Below, piece by piece: positions 49,891 to 62,449 of a stretch of DNA of 64,000 nucleotides. The stretch is from positions 107,696,001 through 107,760,000 of the forward strand of contig CM052817.1 in assembly GCA_028534125.1 (NCBI GenBank), given 5' to 3'. Source of the stretch: Lama glama (Eukaryota). A program made the position numbers and the translations under genes. The stretch's first letter is position 1. Every line of letters starts with the position of its first letter. The notes beneath the pieces are model-generated. The model made no database searches. It saw only the letters and a program-made list of their open reading frames with translations, and was not told the origin of the DNA.

Positions 49891-52784
49891 CTTTTAATAA
49901 AAATTAAAAAAGGCATCTTTGAATCAAGGGCATTTCTTGAATTATCCAGATTGGTTTGATGTGACTGAAACCCAGTGCACATTTGCATATTCGTCCAGCT
50001 CATTGTGAATTTTATCTGATTTAGAACTGAAATGGTGGCAAAAATATTCCTCTGACTTAGTTATTATTTAACTCTTCGAGCACTAATGTTGTATTAGCTG
50101 CTGTACAAGCGAATTATAATATTCCTCCAAGGTTCCACCTTTGAGACAATCTTTGTTTAATTTAGGAATTGAGATAACTGGATATTTCTAAGTCGCCTCA
50201 TTTATCATGCAAAAACATAGTCGCAGAATCCCGAGGAGATGACAGTTTGCTCTCTCTGAGTTCCTCACCATCTCATCTCCAAAAGTGAGATTTTCCTTTC
50301 CAAGGGTAGTTCTTGCCATGTCAACATTAAGGATGCTACGTTCTCACAAAGACGCTGACTCCAGGATTGATGTTTGCCAACAGTTTTCAAATCCCACCCG
50401 TCGCCTCCCCCTCTGCCCTTCATCTGAATAAGCTGATAAGAAAGTCCAGTTTTCCCTCCTTTGGCATCAGCAGTAAATTTGAACCCTGCAAGTTGTGATC
50501 CGCCAGCTTGACTCCTCACCCATCCCTGCCGCCTAATTACAATAGGAGCAAAGCCTGTCTCCTTTCCCTGCAATTTCTAAAGCCACTTTCAGACCTGCTT
50601 GGGAGCCTGCAAAAGTTTCCCCAGAAAGTCTCATTGTGTCAGCAATAAACCTTTCACACCCTCTCAGTGTGTGTGCAGCGATGCTAAATCTCTCCATCGG
50701 AACCAGGTTCTGGGTGGGATCCGTCCTGCCTTTGTGAGCTGATCGCAGCACGGATGCAGTGGATCTCTGAAACAATTCTCATTCTCTTTCACAAAGCATT
50801 TAAGCATGTGCAAGTCATGACTGCTTCTCTGATTCTTTCTCCTTCTACCTGCTTATGTCCAGCGTGTTTTGTCATTCTCAGGGTCTGACATACGACTCAC
50901 CCCTGAGAATGTGACCAAAGCCTCCAATTTTCCTTGTTCAGAGAATAATTCATAAAGCTTCTTTAGCCTTCCTGCAACTTTTCCCTCCAACGTGTTAGCT
51001 CGTTCTTGGTGGTGGCCTTGACACAGCTGGGAGCTCGTCTTCTGTGTGGATCTGTCTGTTTGGTGGCTTAGCCTCTCTGTCTATCATTCTTTTTGTGGCT
51101 GGTGTACTTCCCAGAAATTACGGTTGATTCTCTGTACACCCCCCACTGCCTCCTGCTCTGGAGAGGATGTTGAATGCGAGGTCCAAGGACTTCTTATTCT
51201 GCCCACCGTGCCGGTGGAAGGGTCATGTGCTGAACAGCAGCGCCATGCTGAACTCCACAGGGAGCTAAACTGGACCTGTGTTTTGATATGGACCTCGACC
51301 TCCACGTTCCTAGCCCAAGAGGGAAGATTAACAGATTAACCAAAATGCAGGAGGAAATGCCCCTTCCCTACTGTGAGCTCTGCCGCTGGGACTTCAGCAC
51401 TGTTTCTTTGTATGACTCCCGGAAGTAAGCCTAGGTCTGTGGCCGGCGGATGTTTGGTGGAATTGAGACATTGAAACTTCCTCTTCTACTTTGAAATGTA
51501 GCTTCATCGAGTTCCAGTTGCTCTTTCTGGAATGTCAGCCTATGTGCTTTTTATCAGCTGCCATCTTATAACCCTCTTCAGCTCATAAACTATCGTTTCT
51601 GTAGCGTCATCTCTGGTGAGGACCCATATTTTTGATACACTCCCAGCCTTACATAGAACCCAAGTTTACTCACTCTTGACTCTAATTCTTCCTGTCTGGG
51701 AGGGATCTGAGTAAACGTAAGGACTTCCTAGAATCATAATTAAGACCCACCTCTCAGACCCAAAGATGTAAAGCCATTCTCTTTCTTTCAGATCTCTCTG
51801 TTGGGTCACCTGGATGAGTCTTTGTTGGGAAAACTTCAGTGCCTGTGTCTTTAGGTCTTTCCCTCTAAGGCTGCTCAGAGTTCAAGTTCTGGAAATTCCA
51901 GCTTCCTGGAGAATGACTCCCTGGCTTTCAGTGTTCTAAGAACCCAGATGGAGCAGCAATAGGGCCTCAGAATTTATCACTTAGTGTTCATATGTTCATT
52001 TAATTCCCCCTATTTTTCATTTGTGCTCATCCACTCAACAGATTTCTCCAAATCTATGAATCTTCTATTTTTTCTTGTCCATAAAACAAACATTCAGTCT
52101 TCCTGGGTTTGGGGATGGACCAGCTTCTGGAGAGGTGGAGTTGAAAGGGGATCTAGGTTTCTGACTATTTATTAAGCAGCTTTCAGTGCATCCTTTTTAT
52201 TTCAGTATTCCCTGTACCCCAAGTTACAAAGCTATTTGGTGCTATGAGTAGCCTAGCCATGTGAAGATTTTGAGGTGAGGACTGGGTGCCTGGAGTGCCC
52301 TGAATAAGGATCTCTGGTCCACGTCCTTTCCAGCTTCCAACAATGTTGTTGATATATTCTTCTGTTCACATTTCTTGGTGTATGCTTTTTTCTTCAAACT
52401 TTTAATTGTAGTTTTAATGTACTTTCAGAATGGGCCAAAACTCGATCTGTATAGTCAACCCACTGTCTCTACCCGCCATCTGCCTCTTGGACTGCTATTC
52501 TTGAATTTTGTCCTAATCTGGAGTCCACAGAAGTACCCAAGACTAATAAAAATTCGTCGCTACCCAAGATTGCAGTGAATGATCTCAGAGACTTATTTAG
52601 ATCTGATGCGGAATGAGATGGCTACTGCTAGCCTAACATTGACCTTGGAAGCAGCAGCAGCTACCATTTACTTACAAGTCCTGTCAAACTCAGAGCTCAT
52701 GAGGCAGTTCACAGTTCTGAACTGAAGTACAATCTCAAAACCAGTTGTTACTTTTGGTAACTCTGGAACCAACTTCAGGGTGGG

Positions 52785-53171
52785 TGTTAGGGATGGAATG
52801 TTTGTGTCTTCCCCAAATTCAAATATTGAAACCCTTATTCCCAATGTTATGGGATGTGGAGGTGGGGTCTTTGGGAGGTCATCAGAGCTAGATCGGGCCA
52901 TGAGGGTGGGCTTCTCAAGACAGAATTAGCGGCCTTACAAGAAGAAGAAAAGAGAGACATCTGAGTGTGTGTACGCACTGGGGAAAGGCCATGTGAGGAC
53001 ACAGTGAGAAGGCAGGTGTCTGTAAGCCAGAAAGAGAGCTCTCACCTCGACCTAAATCTACCCGCACCCTGACGCTGGACGTCCCAGCCTCTCGCTGTGA
53101 AAAATCAACTTCTGTTCTCTAATCCACCCAGTCTGCAGCTTTTGTTATGGCTGCCTGAGCAGACTTAGACA
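52785..53171 (+). mobile_element. MLT1A-type MaLR solo LTR
   Basis: TG...CA termini; flanks gtggg/gtggc (5-bp TSD, 1 mismatch); aaggccatgtgaggacacagtgagaaggc. Confidence 0.92.
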
Positions 53172-53429
53172 GTGGCCAGCCCTGCCTGTCTGGACAGGAA
53201 TGATAAAATACAGTGCAACAGCATTTCCTAGTGTTTCTAGGTCTTTGGCTGAAATTGCCTCTCCAGACTTTAAGAGATAAGCACTTAACCATGAGAACCA
53301 TCTGGATATTAATTATAATTAAAAGTTGTACTCTGAAAGCCATGTAGGCTTGAGAGAGAAACACAGTAATGAAAATGTTTTGTTCTGAGTCTCCAAGCTG
53401 CTGGCTTTTACTGGAGACAGTGGCTGAAT

Positions 53430-55129
53430 CTTTTCCCTTGACTGAGTTACAATTGAGAAGTGAACTTATTGTAAGAGATTTAAAATGTACAATACAGTAA
53501 TTTGATGTGCATATACAGTGTAAAAGGAATCCTCCCACTGAGTTAACACGTCCATCACTTCATGTTATTTTTCTTCTGCTTTTTCCCCCCTTTGGTGAGA
53601 ACATGTAAGTTCTACTCTCTTAGCAAATTTCAATTATACATTACAGTGTTATCAACTATAGACACCGTGTTATACATCAGATTCTCAGATCTCACTCATC
53701 TTATAATGGAAGGTTTGTCCTTTTTAGTCAAATTCTCCTTATTTCCCCCACCCTCTGGCCCCTGGAAACCACCCTTCTACACTCTGCTTCTATGAGTTGG
53801 ACTTTATTTTTAGATTCCACACATAAATGATACCAAGAGGTGTTTGTCTTTCTTTGTCTGGCTTCTTTCACTGAACATCACGCCCTTCAGTTTCATTCAT
53901 GTTGTTGGAAATACAGAGTCTCCTTTTTCCTAAGGCTGAATGATACTTCAGGAAGAAAGGGAAACCACATCTTCTTTATCCTTTCATCTATTGATGGACA
54001 CAGCCTGTTCCCATGCCTTGGCTCTTACAAATAATGCTGCTGTGGACATGGAGGTACAGCTATATCTTTGAGATGATGAATTTGTTTGGATATATATCCA
54101 GAAGAGGAGAAAACCAATCTTGAAATTTATTTGGAACCATAAATGACCCTGAATAGCCAAAGTCGTCTTGAGAAAGGAGAACAAAGCTACTGGAGACATC
54201 ACACTTCCTGATTTCAAACTATATCACAAAGCTGTAGTAACTAAACAATGTGATATTGGCATTAAAAAAAAAACAGACAAATGGATCAATGGAAGAGAAG
54301 AGAGTCCAGAAATAAACCTTGTGTATATGGTCAATTTTTGTCAAGAGTCAAAAATATACAATAGAAGAAAAGTCTCTTCAATACATGTTGTTGGAAAAAT
54401 TGGACAGCCATGTGCAAAAGAATGAAATTGGCCACTATTTTACACCATACACAAAAATTAACGCAAAATGGATTAGAGACTTGAACAGAAGACCTGAGAG
54501 TCTTAGATGTCTAAGACCTGAATGTCTAAGAAGAAAACAAAAGGGGTAAATTCCCTGACATCAGTCTAGGCAACATTTTTCTTTTTTTTGGATTTGACAG
54601 CAACAGCAACGGAAACAAAAACAAACCACTGGAACTACATCAAACTAAAAAGTTTCCGCACAGCAAAGGAAATTACCACTAAACAGAGAAGGAAATCTAT
54701 GCACTGGGAGGAAATATTCGTAAACCACATATCCAATAAGGGGTTAACATCCAACATACACAAGAAACTCATAAAACTCAATTAAAGAAAACCAGTTAAA
54801 AAACATGAGAGGATCTAAGTAGACATCTTTCCAAGGAAGACATACCAATGGCCAAAACATACACGAAAAGGTGCTCCACATCACTAGCCATCAGGGAAAT
54901 GCAAATCAAAACTACAGCGAGGTATCGCCTCACACCTGTCAGAATGGCTTTTATCAAAAAGCCAATAATAACACATAGTGTTGAGTAAAGGACACCCTCC
55001 CACGCTGTTGGTGGGAATGTGAACTGGAAGAGCTCCTGCGGAGGACAGTATGGAGCTTCCTCAAGATATTAAAAATAAGACTACCATATGACCGAGCAGT
55101 TCCACTCCTGGGCATCTACGCAAAGGAAA
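53430..55129 (-). mobile_element. L1MA9-like element with 5' inversion (antisense 3' end to 54107, sense ORF2 54108-55129)
   Basis: ttctactctcttagcaaatttcaa is the antisense 3' UTR; + strand ORFs give ITLPDFKLYHKA and WNYIKLKSFRTAKE (L1 ORF2); both arms end at the same L1 motif. Confidence 0.85.
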
Positions 55130-55379
55130 GGGGGAATAAACAATTTCATTGAGGAGCTGATAAAATTCGTCAAGGAAAATCTTTATCCATGCCGACTACT
55201 GACCCTTGGGTGAGTGCTATGAGAAGGGCATTCACCACAAAAGGACGCACATCCAACTTTCACATCCCTACTCAGGCAGTTACACGAAAGAGCTGTGTCC
55301 CTGAAAAGACTGGCTTGCAGGAAAGGAGAGGCTGAAACCAGAAGAAAACGAGCCACAGAGTGAGGAGGAGATAATAAAG

Positions 55380-55800
55380 TGAATGCGTCCAACGTAAACC
55401 ATTCTGGTAAGTGGTTCAGACTTGACAGGAAACCCAGAGGGGGAGGAGCTTAATGAGAGGTGAACCGTCTAGGGCAGGATTGTTTGTTTTGTTTTTTTTT
55501 TCCAGGATAAGAAATGTGAGCTTGTTTTTAAAAGGAAGAGAAAGCGTCAAGAGTGAAGGGAGGTAGAAGGTAAAGTAAGTGGACATAATTAAGAAAGAAA
55601 ATTCTTGGAGCAGACAGGAAGGGAGGGGACCCAACACACAGGGGAAGGGATTAGCTTTGGACATCAGCAGGAATAGAGTGAAAAGAGATAAACACGGTTC
55701 AAGATAAGCTCGATGTGGCAGGGAGGGAATTTGAAGGAACTCATACCTCACAGTGTTTTCTTCTTGAACTTGGAGACTTAGTTATCTGTTAGGAATTTAG
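55380..55800 (-). mobile_element. L2 fragment
   Basis: ggaagggaggggacccaacacacaggggaagggattagctttggaca. Confidence 0.55.
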
Positions 55801-56089
55801 ATTAAACAAATTAAAAATAAAACTGGGACAACTGATACAAAATGGGAACACGATGTGAGTAAAGGTAAATAAACTGTAGAGCAGCCCTGATGGATAAGCT
55901 CAGAGTCTGGTCTATGCAGAGAACTTGCAAGCCCTCGGTGGGATTATTTTCTCACCATTTTTGGTGAGTTTGGTGCTGAGTCACCACTTAAGAGTGCAAT
56001 TGAGAAGTAGGTCTTTATGGTAAATAAAACATTCAGTGATGAATTAGGTTTATGAGGCTGACGGATTATGTTAATTTTACAAAAATTCT

Positions 56090-56250
56090 GCAATGATGTA
56101 GTGCAATGGAAAACAACTGGAATTTGAAATAGATCTGTGGTTCGATGTTAGCTATGCTATCCGTGGTGTCATCCTGGGCATGCTAAGTACTCACTGAAGC
56201 TCAATTTTTGCAACTATAAAATGGAAGTAATAATACGATCAAGTGAGATA
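56090..56250 (+). mobile_element. MIR fragment
   Basis: tcctgggcatgctaagtactcactgaagctcaatttttgcaactataaaatggaagtaataata. Confidence 0.65.
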
Positions 56251-56392
56251 TTTTGTTATTTTTATTATCGTATTATTATCTTTATTGTTGCTTTAGCCTC
56301 ATGAAAAACAAGCTGGCGTGTGATAAAACTCTAACCTCTGGATGGAAGAAGTACGAAAGATGTATTGTCAGGAGACCTTGAGGGATGGGAGA

Positions 56393-56958
56393 TGTTGTGA
56401 CGAAAGACTGTAATTTCCAAAGATGGTCACAACGGTACCTCTCAAGTCATGTGATTTTCTGACGTGTCTTTCACGCGCCTTCCATTGAGAGGTTAGACTT
56501 CCATCCCATGCCCTTGAAACACAGACGGCTGTTGAGACTGTTTCGACTGGTCAAGTTTGACCCAAGTGTTATTTGGTGACTTCCAAGCTCAAGTCATAAG
56601 TAGAATTTCAGCTTCCATCTTTCTCACTGAACCAGTCCCTGTGGAGTCTTGGCTGAAATATGAGTAGTTCTACTGCAATGAAGTCACCATGATGTCAAGA
56701 AGTTCAGGCTGTCCCACCCAAAGGAGACCACATGGAAAAGCTATGAGATTATGGGAAGAGAATGAGATAGATGGTCAGCCCCAGTTGTCCCATTTTCACC
56801 TGTAACCTCACTGCAATTTCATGAGTCACTTTGAGCTACATCTGCCCAGCCAAGTTACTTATGGATTTCTAACAGATAAAAATCATGAGAAATAGTATTG
56901 TTGTTTTATGACACTAAGATTTTTGGGAGATTTGTTTTACAGCATTAGTAACTGATAT
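56393..56958 (+). mobile_element. MLT1G/H-type MaLR LTR
   Basis: ccaaagatggtcaca...cttccattgagagg...gtgacttccaagctcaagtcataa...atttgttttacagcattagtaactgata. Confidence 0.75.
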
Positions 56959-57033
56959 GATTATTTCCCCAGTCTTTCTCAAATTTATTTCTTAAAAGAT
57001 TTCCTCAACAAGCTTGTTTGTTTCAAACTCACA

Positions 57034-57138
57034 TGTACGTATATAAGATCTACTTTTACTTTTATAAGATCATTTAATTTACTTATATAAGATCACATAT
57101 TATTTACTAAAATAATATCATTTACTTATGTGAGATCA
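57034..57138. repeat. Five copies of an 18-bp unit (consensus TTTACTTATATAAGATCA) with 0-7 nt spacers
   Basis: Units at 57034, 57055, 57078, 57103 and 57121, read directly. Confidence 0.85.
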
Positions 57139-57879
57139 TTGTTCAAATTTAGGTCTAAATTGGCTTGTTTATCTCTAGATAAAAGAGAGAATGCATTTGA
57201 TATCTTCAAACTATTGCTTTCCAACCTATGGAATTTTCTTAAATACAGCAAGTATTCTTCATGTCAGCAATGGAGTAAAATGTCATTTAAGTCCTCCGCA
57301 GACCTCTCTGCGTGAAAGCGGGAAGTCAGCATTAGTATGTAGGGTGAGGAGAATTGTGGTCCTTACACTACACATAAATCAGGTCATTTAAACTGTAGCT
57401 TCCCTGTCCTTGGGGATGCCCCTGCTGAAAGCATGTCTTAAACAGCACCCCATTTCCAGAGTTAGAGAGAATGTGGATTAATTACACTGTGGAATCTGTT
57501 CTCTGTTCATATGCATTCTGTTCCTTGAGCATTGCTTCACCCAGAGGCTGAGTATGTGTGAAAAGCACGGTTAGAGTCTGGCTCAATGTTGCTGGAATCA
57601 CAGTGGCTATGATTCCACTTTGCTGACCACTTGGAAGCCAGACATATGTCAATGGATACAGAATTTTGATCATCTTTAGTTCTATCTATTGTTCAGTTAG
57701 CATCAACGATTTTTCCAGGATACTATGGAGGGCAACCTTTTTTTTTGTATGTTTAATTCCAGCACATATGGTAAGACAGTTGCTGATAATTAGGTTTTTT
57801 TATTGGTAGAATGCATCTCCTTTTTTATTGCCTTAAATTGCAAGTACTTTGACACTTTATTTGGTATATTATGTGAACT

Positions 57880-58080
57880 TAAAGATACTTGTTGAATGAA
57901 TATCTTTGTGTCATCAAATACCCGGATTTGAATCCCCCTCCACCATTCCTAGTTGTACGACCGCTCTCTTCCTTTGGTTCTTCATCTGTGAAATGGGGAT
58001 GATAATAATAGCTTCTACTCTTTAGGGTGGACTGAATGATCCTACAGGGAAAGGATGTTAAAAAACGTGCTAGCGTATTC
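57880..58080 (+). mobile_element. L2 tail followed by MIR
   Basis: acttgttgaatgaat; ttcttcatctgtgaaatggggatgataataatagcttctac. Confidence 0.75.
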
Positions 58081-58100
58081 ATAGCAAAAGCCACCTTGAT

Positions 58101-58195
58101 GGGGGAGGGTACAGCTCAGTGGCAGAGCGCTTGCTTAGTGTGCATGGGGTCCTGAGTTCAGGTACCACCACTAAAAAAAAAAAAAAAAAAAAAAA
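58101..58195 (+). mobile_element. Short Vic-1-type SINE (tRNA-like head plus poly(A))
   Basis: gggggagggtacagctcagtggcagagcgcttgcttagtgtgcatggggtcctgagttca...ccact followed by ~23 A. Confidence 0.88.
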
Positions 58196-58290
58196 GAAAC
58201 AAAACCAAAAGCGAAATGCTGCCTTAGTCACCCAACATGCCCAGATATAGCGCCTACCCTCTTGCCCATCCCAGCAGGATAAAACTAGAG

Positions 58291-58442
58291 CAGTGGTTCT
58301 TCCGTTGGCTTTGGATGGGAAAACTTCTGGGTTCCCACACTTAGTGAGTTTGATTTAATTGGTTTGGGGTTGGACCTGAGTGTAGAGATTTATAAAGGCT
58401 CCCCAGCAATCCTAAAGTGCAGCCCCAGAGAAAGAAATTCTG
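58291..58442. mobile_element. MER5A hAT-Charlie element
   Basis: cagtggttct...gatttaattggtttggggt...gctcccca...gtgcagcc...ctg; flanks aactagag/gactagat fit the 8-bp CTAG-centred hAT TSD. Confidence 0.8.
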
Positions 58443-59744
58443 GACTAGATGTGGTAAATAAAGGCTTGGCTACCACTCAATCTTACCGGCTTTTCCTCGG
58501 GACATCTGGGAATCATCAATAATACATCAAAATCACTCTGCTTAGATTTACAGCTCCTTTTGTGCCAGGTGAAATCCAGATAGATAATATCTTTATAATC
58601 TTAACATTGTTTAGGTTAAGACTAACGCCTCTTAAGCCAGGGTGTGTGGGTTGTTAAATTTACTGTGGCAGGGCCATCTTTGTGAGATATGAACGTCCTG
58701 ATTAATCATGAATTTTACACGTGTCTATACTTCAGAAGTGATGATTGTGTATTTCCAAACTTGCTTTGCAGGGACTACTGCTTTGATCTGGTATCAGGGA
58801 ACAGAATGGCTGGTACCCTGAAGAGGCACATGTTGTGCTGTAAGAATTCCTTAAGCATGATGTCGGCAGCTGACAAGATGAAAAATGGCTCTGTGATTCA
58901 TTTCCAGTCTCAGGCTTATAGAAGCACTTAAATATTTTGAAATGCCCTCCCACATCCTGTGATTGTGCTAAATCAGAACTGAAAAGCTCTCAGCAGGCTG
59001 GATGTGATCCCAGGGTTAAGATCCCCTATTCTTTATTTTCTTTTTCACAACACACTTAGTGCTAGAAAAATAAAGTTTATGAGGAAGTATTAAGTATGCT
59101 TAACAGGCACATTTGAGCTCCAACTCTACTATCCTACTCAGTTATAAATTATCTCCTAAAGTGAAAAATGAAATAAAAAAGGCCCATACTTCTCACATGC
59201 CCCTAAACACCAAGCGCATGGAATGGAAAAACGCATCCGTGGATCCATGGAGCCATTTGCAATTCCAGAACATTCTGGGTCGGTCTTTCAAATCTTCTGT
59301 GCTTTGATGCTTTGTAAAGTTACTCTTAAGCAATGTTGTGTCTGTGACCCTGAGTCAGGTGACCAGGCCAGTGGACCCTCTTCGTGTGTTGCCGCTGACA
59401 CAGAGATGCTTCTCACGTCCTTGAATGTATGGACTTTGAAAGTAACACTGGAAACCAGATGGGAAACACATGTTGATCCCATTCAGAAAACACCACTCTT
59501 TGCTTAGATTCAACATAAGCTCTGCATCGAGGAAGAATGAGAGGTCATTAAAGAGCAACAGACGCTCACTTGAAATGCACAAACAATAACGCGAGAGCCC
59601 ACAGAGACGGTCCGGCTGAGACTGCTTCTAGCTGTTCGTGGCCAGAAGGGGGGAGCCCTGAAATTTCCAGATAGCTGACTATATGATACTCAAATAACGG
59701 ACTGTATTTTTAAACACAGACTTATGACTGTCATAGTCATTATG

Positions 59745-60170
59745 TTTTATTCATCCAACGAACATGTCTAGAGCCCGTACCAGGGGTCACGCATTATGAT
59801 AGGAGTTGGGACCTCGTGGTGACAAGATGAGCAGGGTCTGTTTCACCATGGAGCCCTCAGGGGCATCAGAGAAGCACCAAGAGGAAATGATGGCGTATAT
59901 ATAGCAGCAGAGCCAACACGGGTAAGTCCACCAAAATCTGGAGAGATCCAAATGCGTGTAGGGAACTTAGTATATGTGAGACGCTCTCCTAAATGTCCAC
60001 CCAGAATAGCTCGTTTAATCTTGCAAGTCTGTGAGGTGGACTCAGTTAATACTCTTCTTTAATATTGGAGAGAAATGAAACACAGAGAGGCTAAGTCACT
60101 TGCGCAGGGTCACCCAGCTAGCAAGCGCCAGGGCTGAGGGGCTCTCCTTTCCAGATGGCCTGGTTCTGTT
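59745..60170 (-). mobile_element. L2 3' terminus (to ~59860) and MIR (~59990-60170)
   Basis: ttattcatccaacgaacatgtctagagc; gaaacacagagaggctaagtcacttgcgcagggtcacccagctagcaag. Confidence 0.7.
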
Positions 60171-60706
60171 TTATATTTTGAGCTCTATTACAGGCCAGTA
60201 TTACAATGATTAGACACTCACGTGTTTTAAGAGAAAGCATATTCGTTCAAGTAATTCTAACACAATAAGCCTTCGGTCTTCACGATCTGATGCCATGGGA
60301 CACGTTCAGGAGAGAAAGGACCGGCAAGAAAACTTGAATGAGAGCCAACAGAGAGACCACAGAGAGAAAGGGCTGCTTTCTGTGCAATGCCTTAATGTTC
60401 AAAATCTTTTTAGAAGCATGAGTCTTATGTTTTCAAATTTAAAAATAATTAGTATGTATTGTAGAACATTTGTAAATACAGAAAAGGAAAAAGGCCAAGA
60501 GTCCTCAGTGATCAACATTGCTATCCACAGAGAACATCTGGCTTCTTACTGTTCTTCTTTCTGCATGACTTTCATACATAATTATGATAATGTGACAGTA
60601 ACTATGAAGCCAACCTGCAGCCTCCTTCTCACATTTATTACTATAATGTGGACGTATCTCATGGCACAAAAAGTTATTTCTAAACTTTATTTTTGAAAGC
60701 AGTCCC

Positions 60707-60910
60707 GGGATGTGCAAATACTACTATATATAAAACTGATGAGAAACATATTTTTTCTGTATAGTACAGCGAACTGTATTCAATATCTTGCAGTAACCCA
60801 TAATGAAAAAGAATATGAAAATAAATATATGTGTGTATAGGTCTGATTGAAACGTTATGCTATACACCAGAAATTGACACATTGTAACTGATTATACTTC
60901 AATTAAAAAA
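60707..60910 (+). mobile_element. Young L1 3' tail with 9-bp TSD
   Basis: ctatacaccagaaattgacacattgtaactgattatacttcaatt plus poly(A); aaagcagtc at 60696-60704 and 60911-60919. Confidence 0.9.
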
Positions 60911-62302
60911 AAAGCAGTCTGCATCCACCCCCTGCGGAGAAGGGCATTCTCTTCTGCACTATTCCTCGATACCAGTGTTACCCAGAACACGATCCTTACC
61001 TGTGTCAGCCTGGTGGTTTCGGAGTGAATATGTCCTTTTTTTTTAATCTTTACCATATCAGGAAGGATGGTCTGGCACTGCGGAAAAATTTTTAACCAAA
61101 AGCATTGAGAGAGAGAGAAAAAAGAAAAGGTTTCAGTAAAGAGCATGCATTCTGAAAGGAGGAGGCTTGAATTTTATTCCTGTCAACTGCTAACTGAGTG
61201 ACCTCTGAAAAGTTGTACCATTTTTAAAGAAATTCAAATGAAAATAAAGGCTTGAATCTGGGGATCACTTTGAGACTCGACACCTTAATGCTTTCTAATG
61301 TTAATATTTTGTGATTATAGTTAAATTCAATAAGTAAATGCATATGTATTAGGTTATTTGATGCTTTTCAAAGATAATTCCCAGGAATTAAAAAAAAATT
61401 AATCTAGTGAGAGGGGAATTAGACAAATACTGAAAACAATGCCCATGGGATATTCTTGTCTTTTCATAAATTTCACATGTTTCAACTTAAAAGGAAATTT
61501 TTTAACCTGTCAAAATAAATAATTCACAAATTAGGATTCTTCCTAGTGGAATCGTAGATCATCTAGCATTTATTGATTTCATGTTTTAAGTTTTTCCTCA
61601 TTACTGAAGATACAGTAATTAAAGAAGGCAGTTCTTCCAGGCACTGAGGCTACAATGCCTGCTTATTACTCAAACAACATTCTGGAACAAAGTACTGGGA
61701 AATATATATTTGTTACATGAATGAAACGCAGTGTTAAAAAATATTAAGGGTGGTAGTTTAGATTCTGACTCAAAGAGTATCTCCCAAACAATTCCCTGTA
61801 GTGCTGTGGTTAACAACTTTTCTTGACTTAGGTATCTAGCAAAAATGTCACCCATGTAACCACCGGTGTAACTGAGGGCAATTTAAGAGAGCTTAGCGTG
61901 ATTTATCTCTGAAAAGTGGTATCCAGGAGTCAAGTGGTTTCTGATCATAGGTGGAATTTAAAAATCTTTTGCATGTACTAAATTAGAAAAGAAAGAAGTC
62001 CACTTAGTAAAAGGAAAAAAAAACAAACAAAAATAAAACGGTTCTCTTTGTATGTGGAAAGGCAAGATAAATAAAATGTATCTGACAGAAAAAAATGTAT
62101 CTTCAATGAAAATATTAATAATATATCTTCAATCAAAGAATACATGAAAATATTTTAGTGTCATGTAAAAGAAAGAAATATTGAAGATAAATACAGCTTT
62201 TTGACATTTATCCTTAACTCCTTGGCCAACCGTACCTGAATCAGAGCACTTCCTAGAGATCTTGGCTTACTTTTATGAGCCGGGTGTCTGTCTTCTCTGT
62301 TC

Positions 62303-62449
62303 TATTGAAGTGTAGTTGATTTACAATGTTAGTTTCAGGTGTGGAGCAAAGTGATTCAGTTATACAAATATATATATCTATATATATATATATGTATCTA
62401 TAGATATAAGTATTTTTTTCAGTTTCTTTTCCATTAGGCTTATTACAAG
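62303..62449 (-). mobile_element. L1 3' tail with (TA)n
   Basis: tattgaagtgtagttgatttacaatgttagtttcaggtgt...aaagtgattcagttata. Confidence 0.85.

Noticed and set aside
50440..50500. FKFTADAKGG peptide resembling the CR1/L3 RT motif KFADDTKLGG
   Set aside because: Similarity is short and does not extend on either side; only a profile search could support it
57034..57138. CRISPR-like repeat/spacer array
   Set aside because: Units are 18 bp and degenerate, spacers are 0-7 nt, there are no cas genes, and the DNA is mammalian
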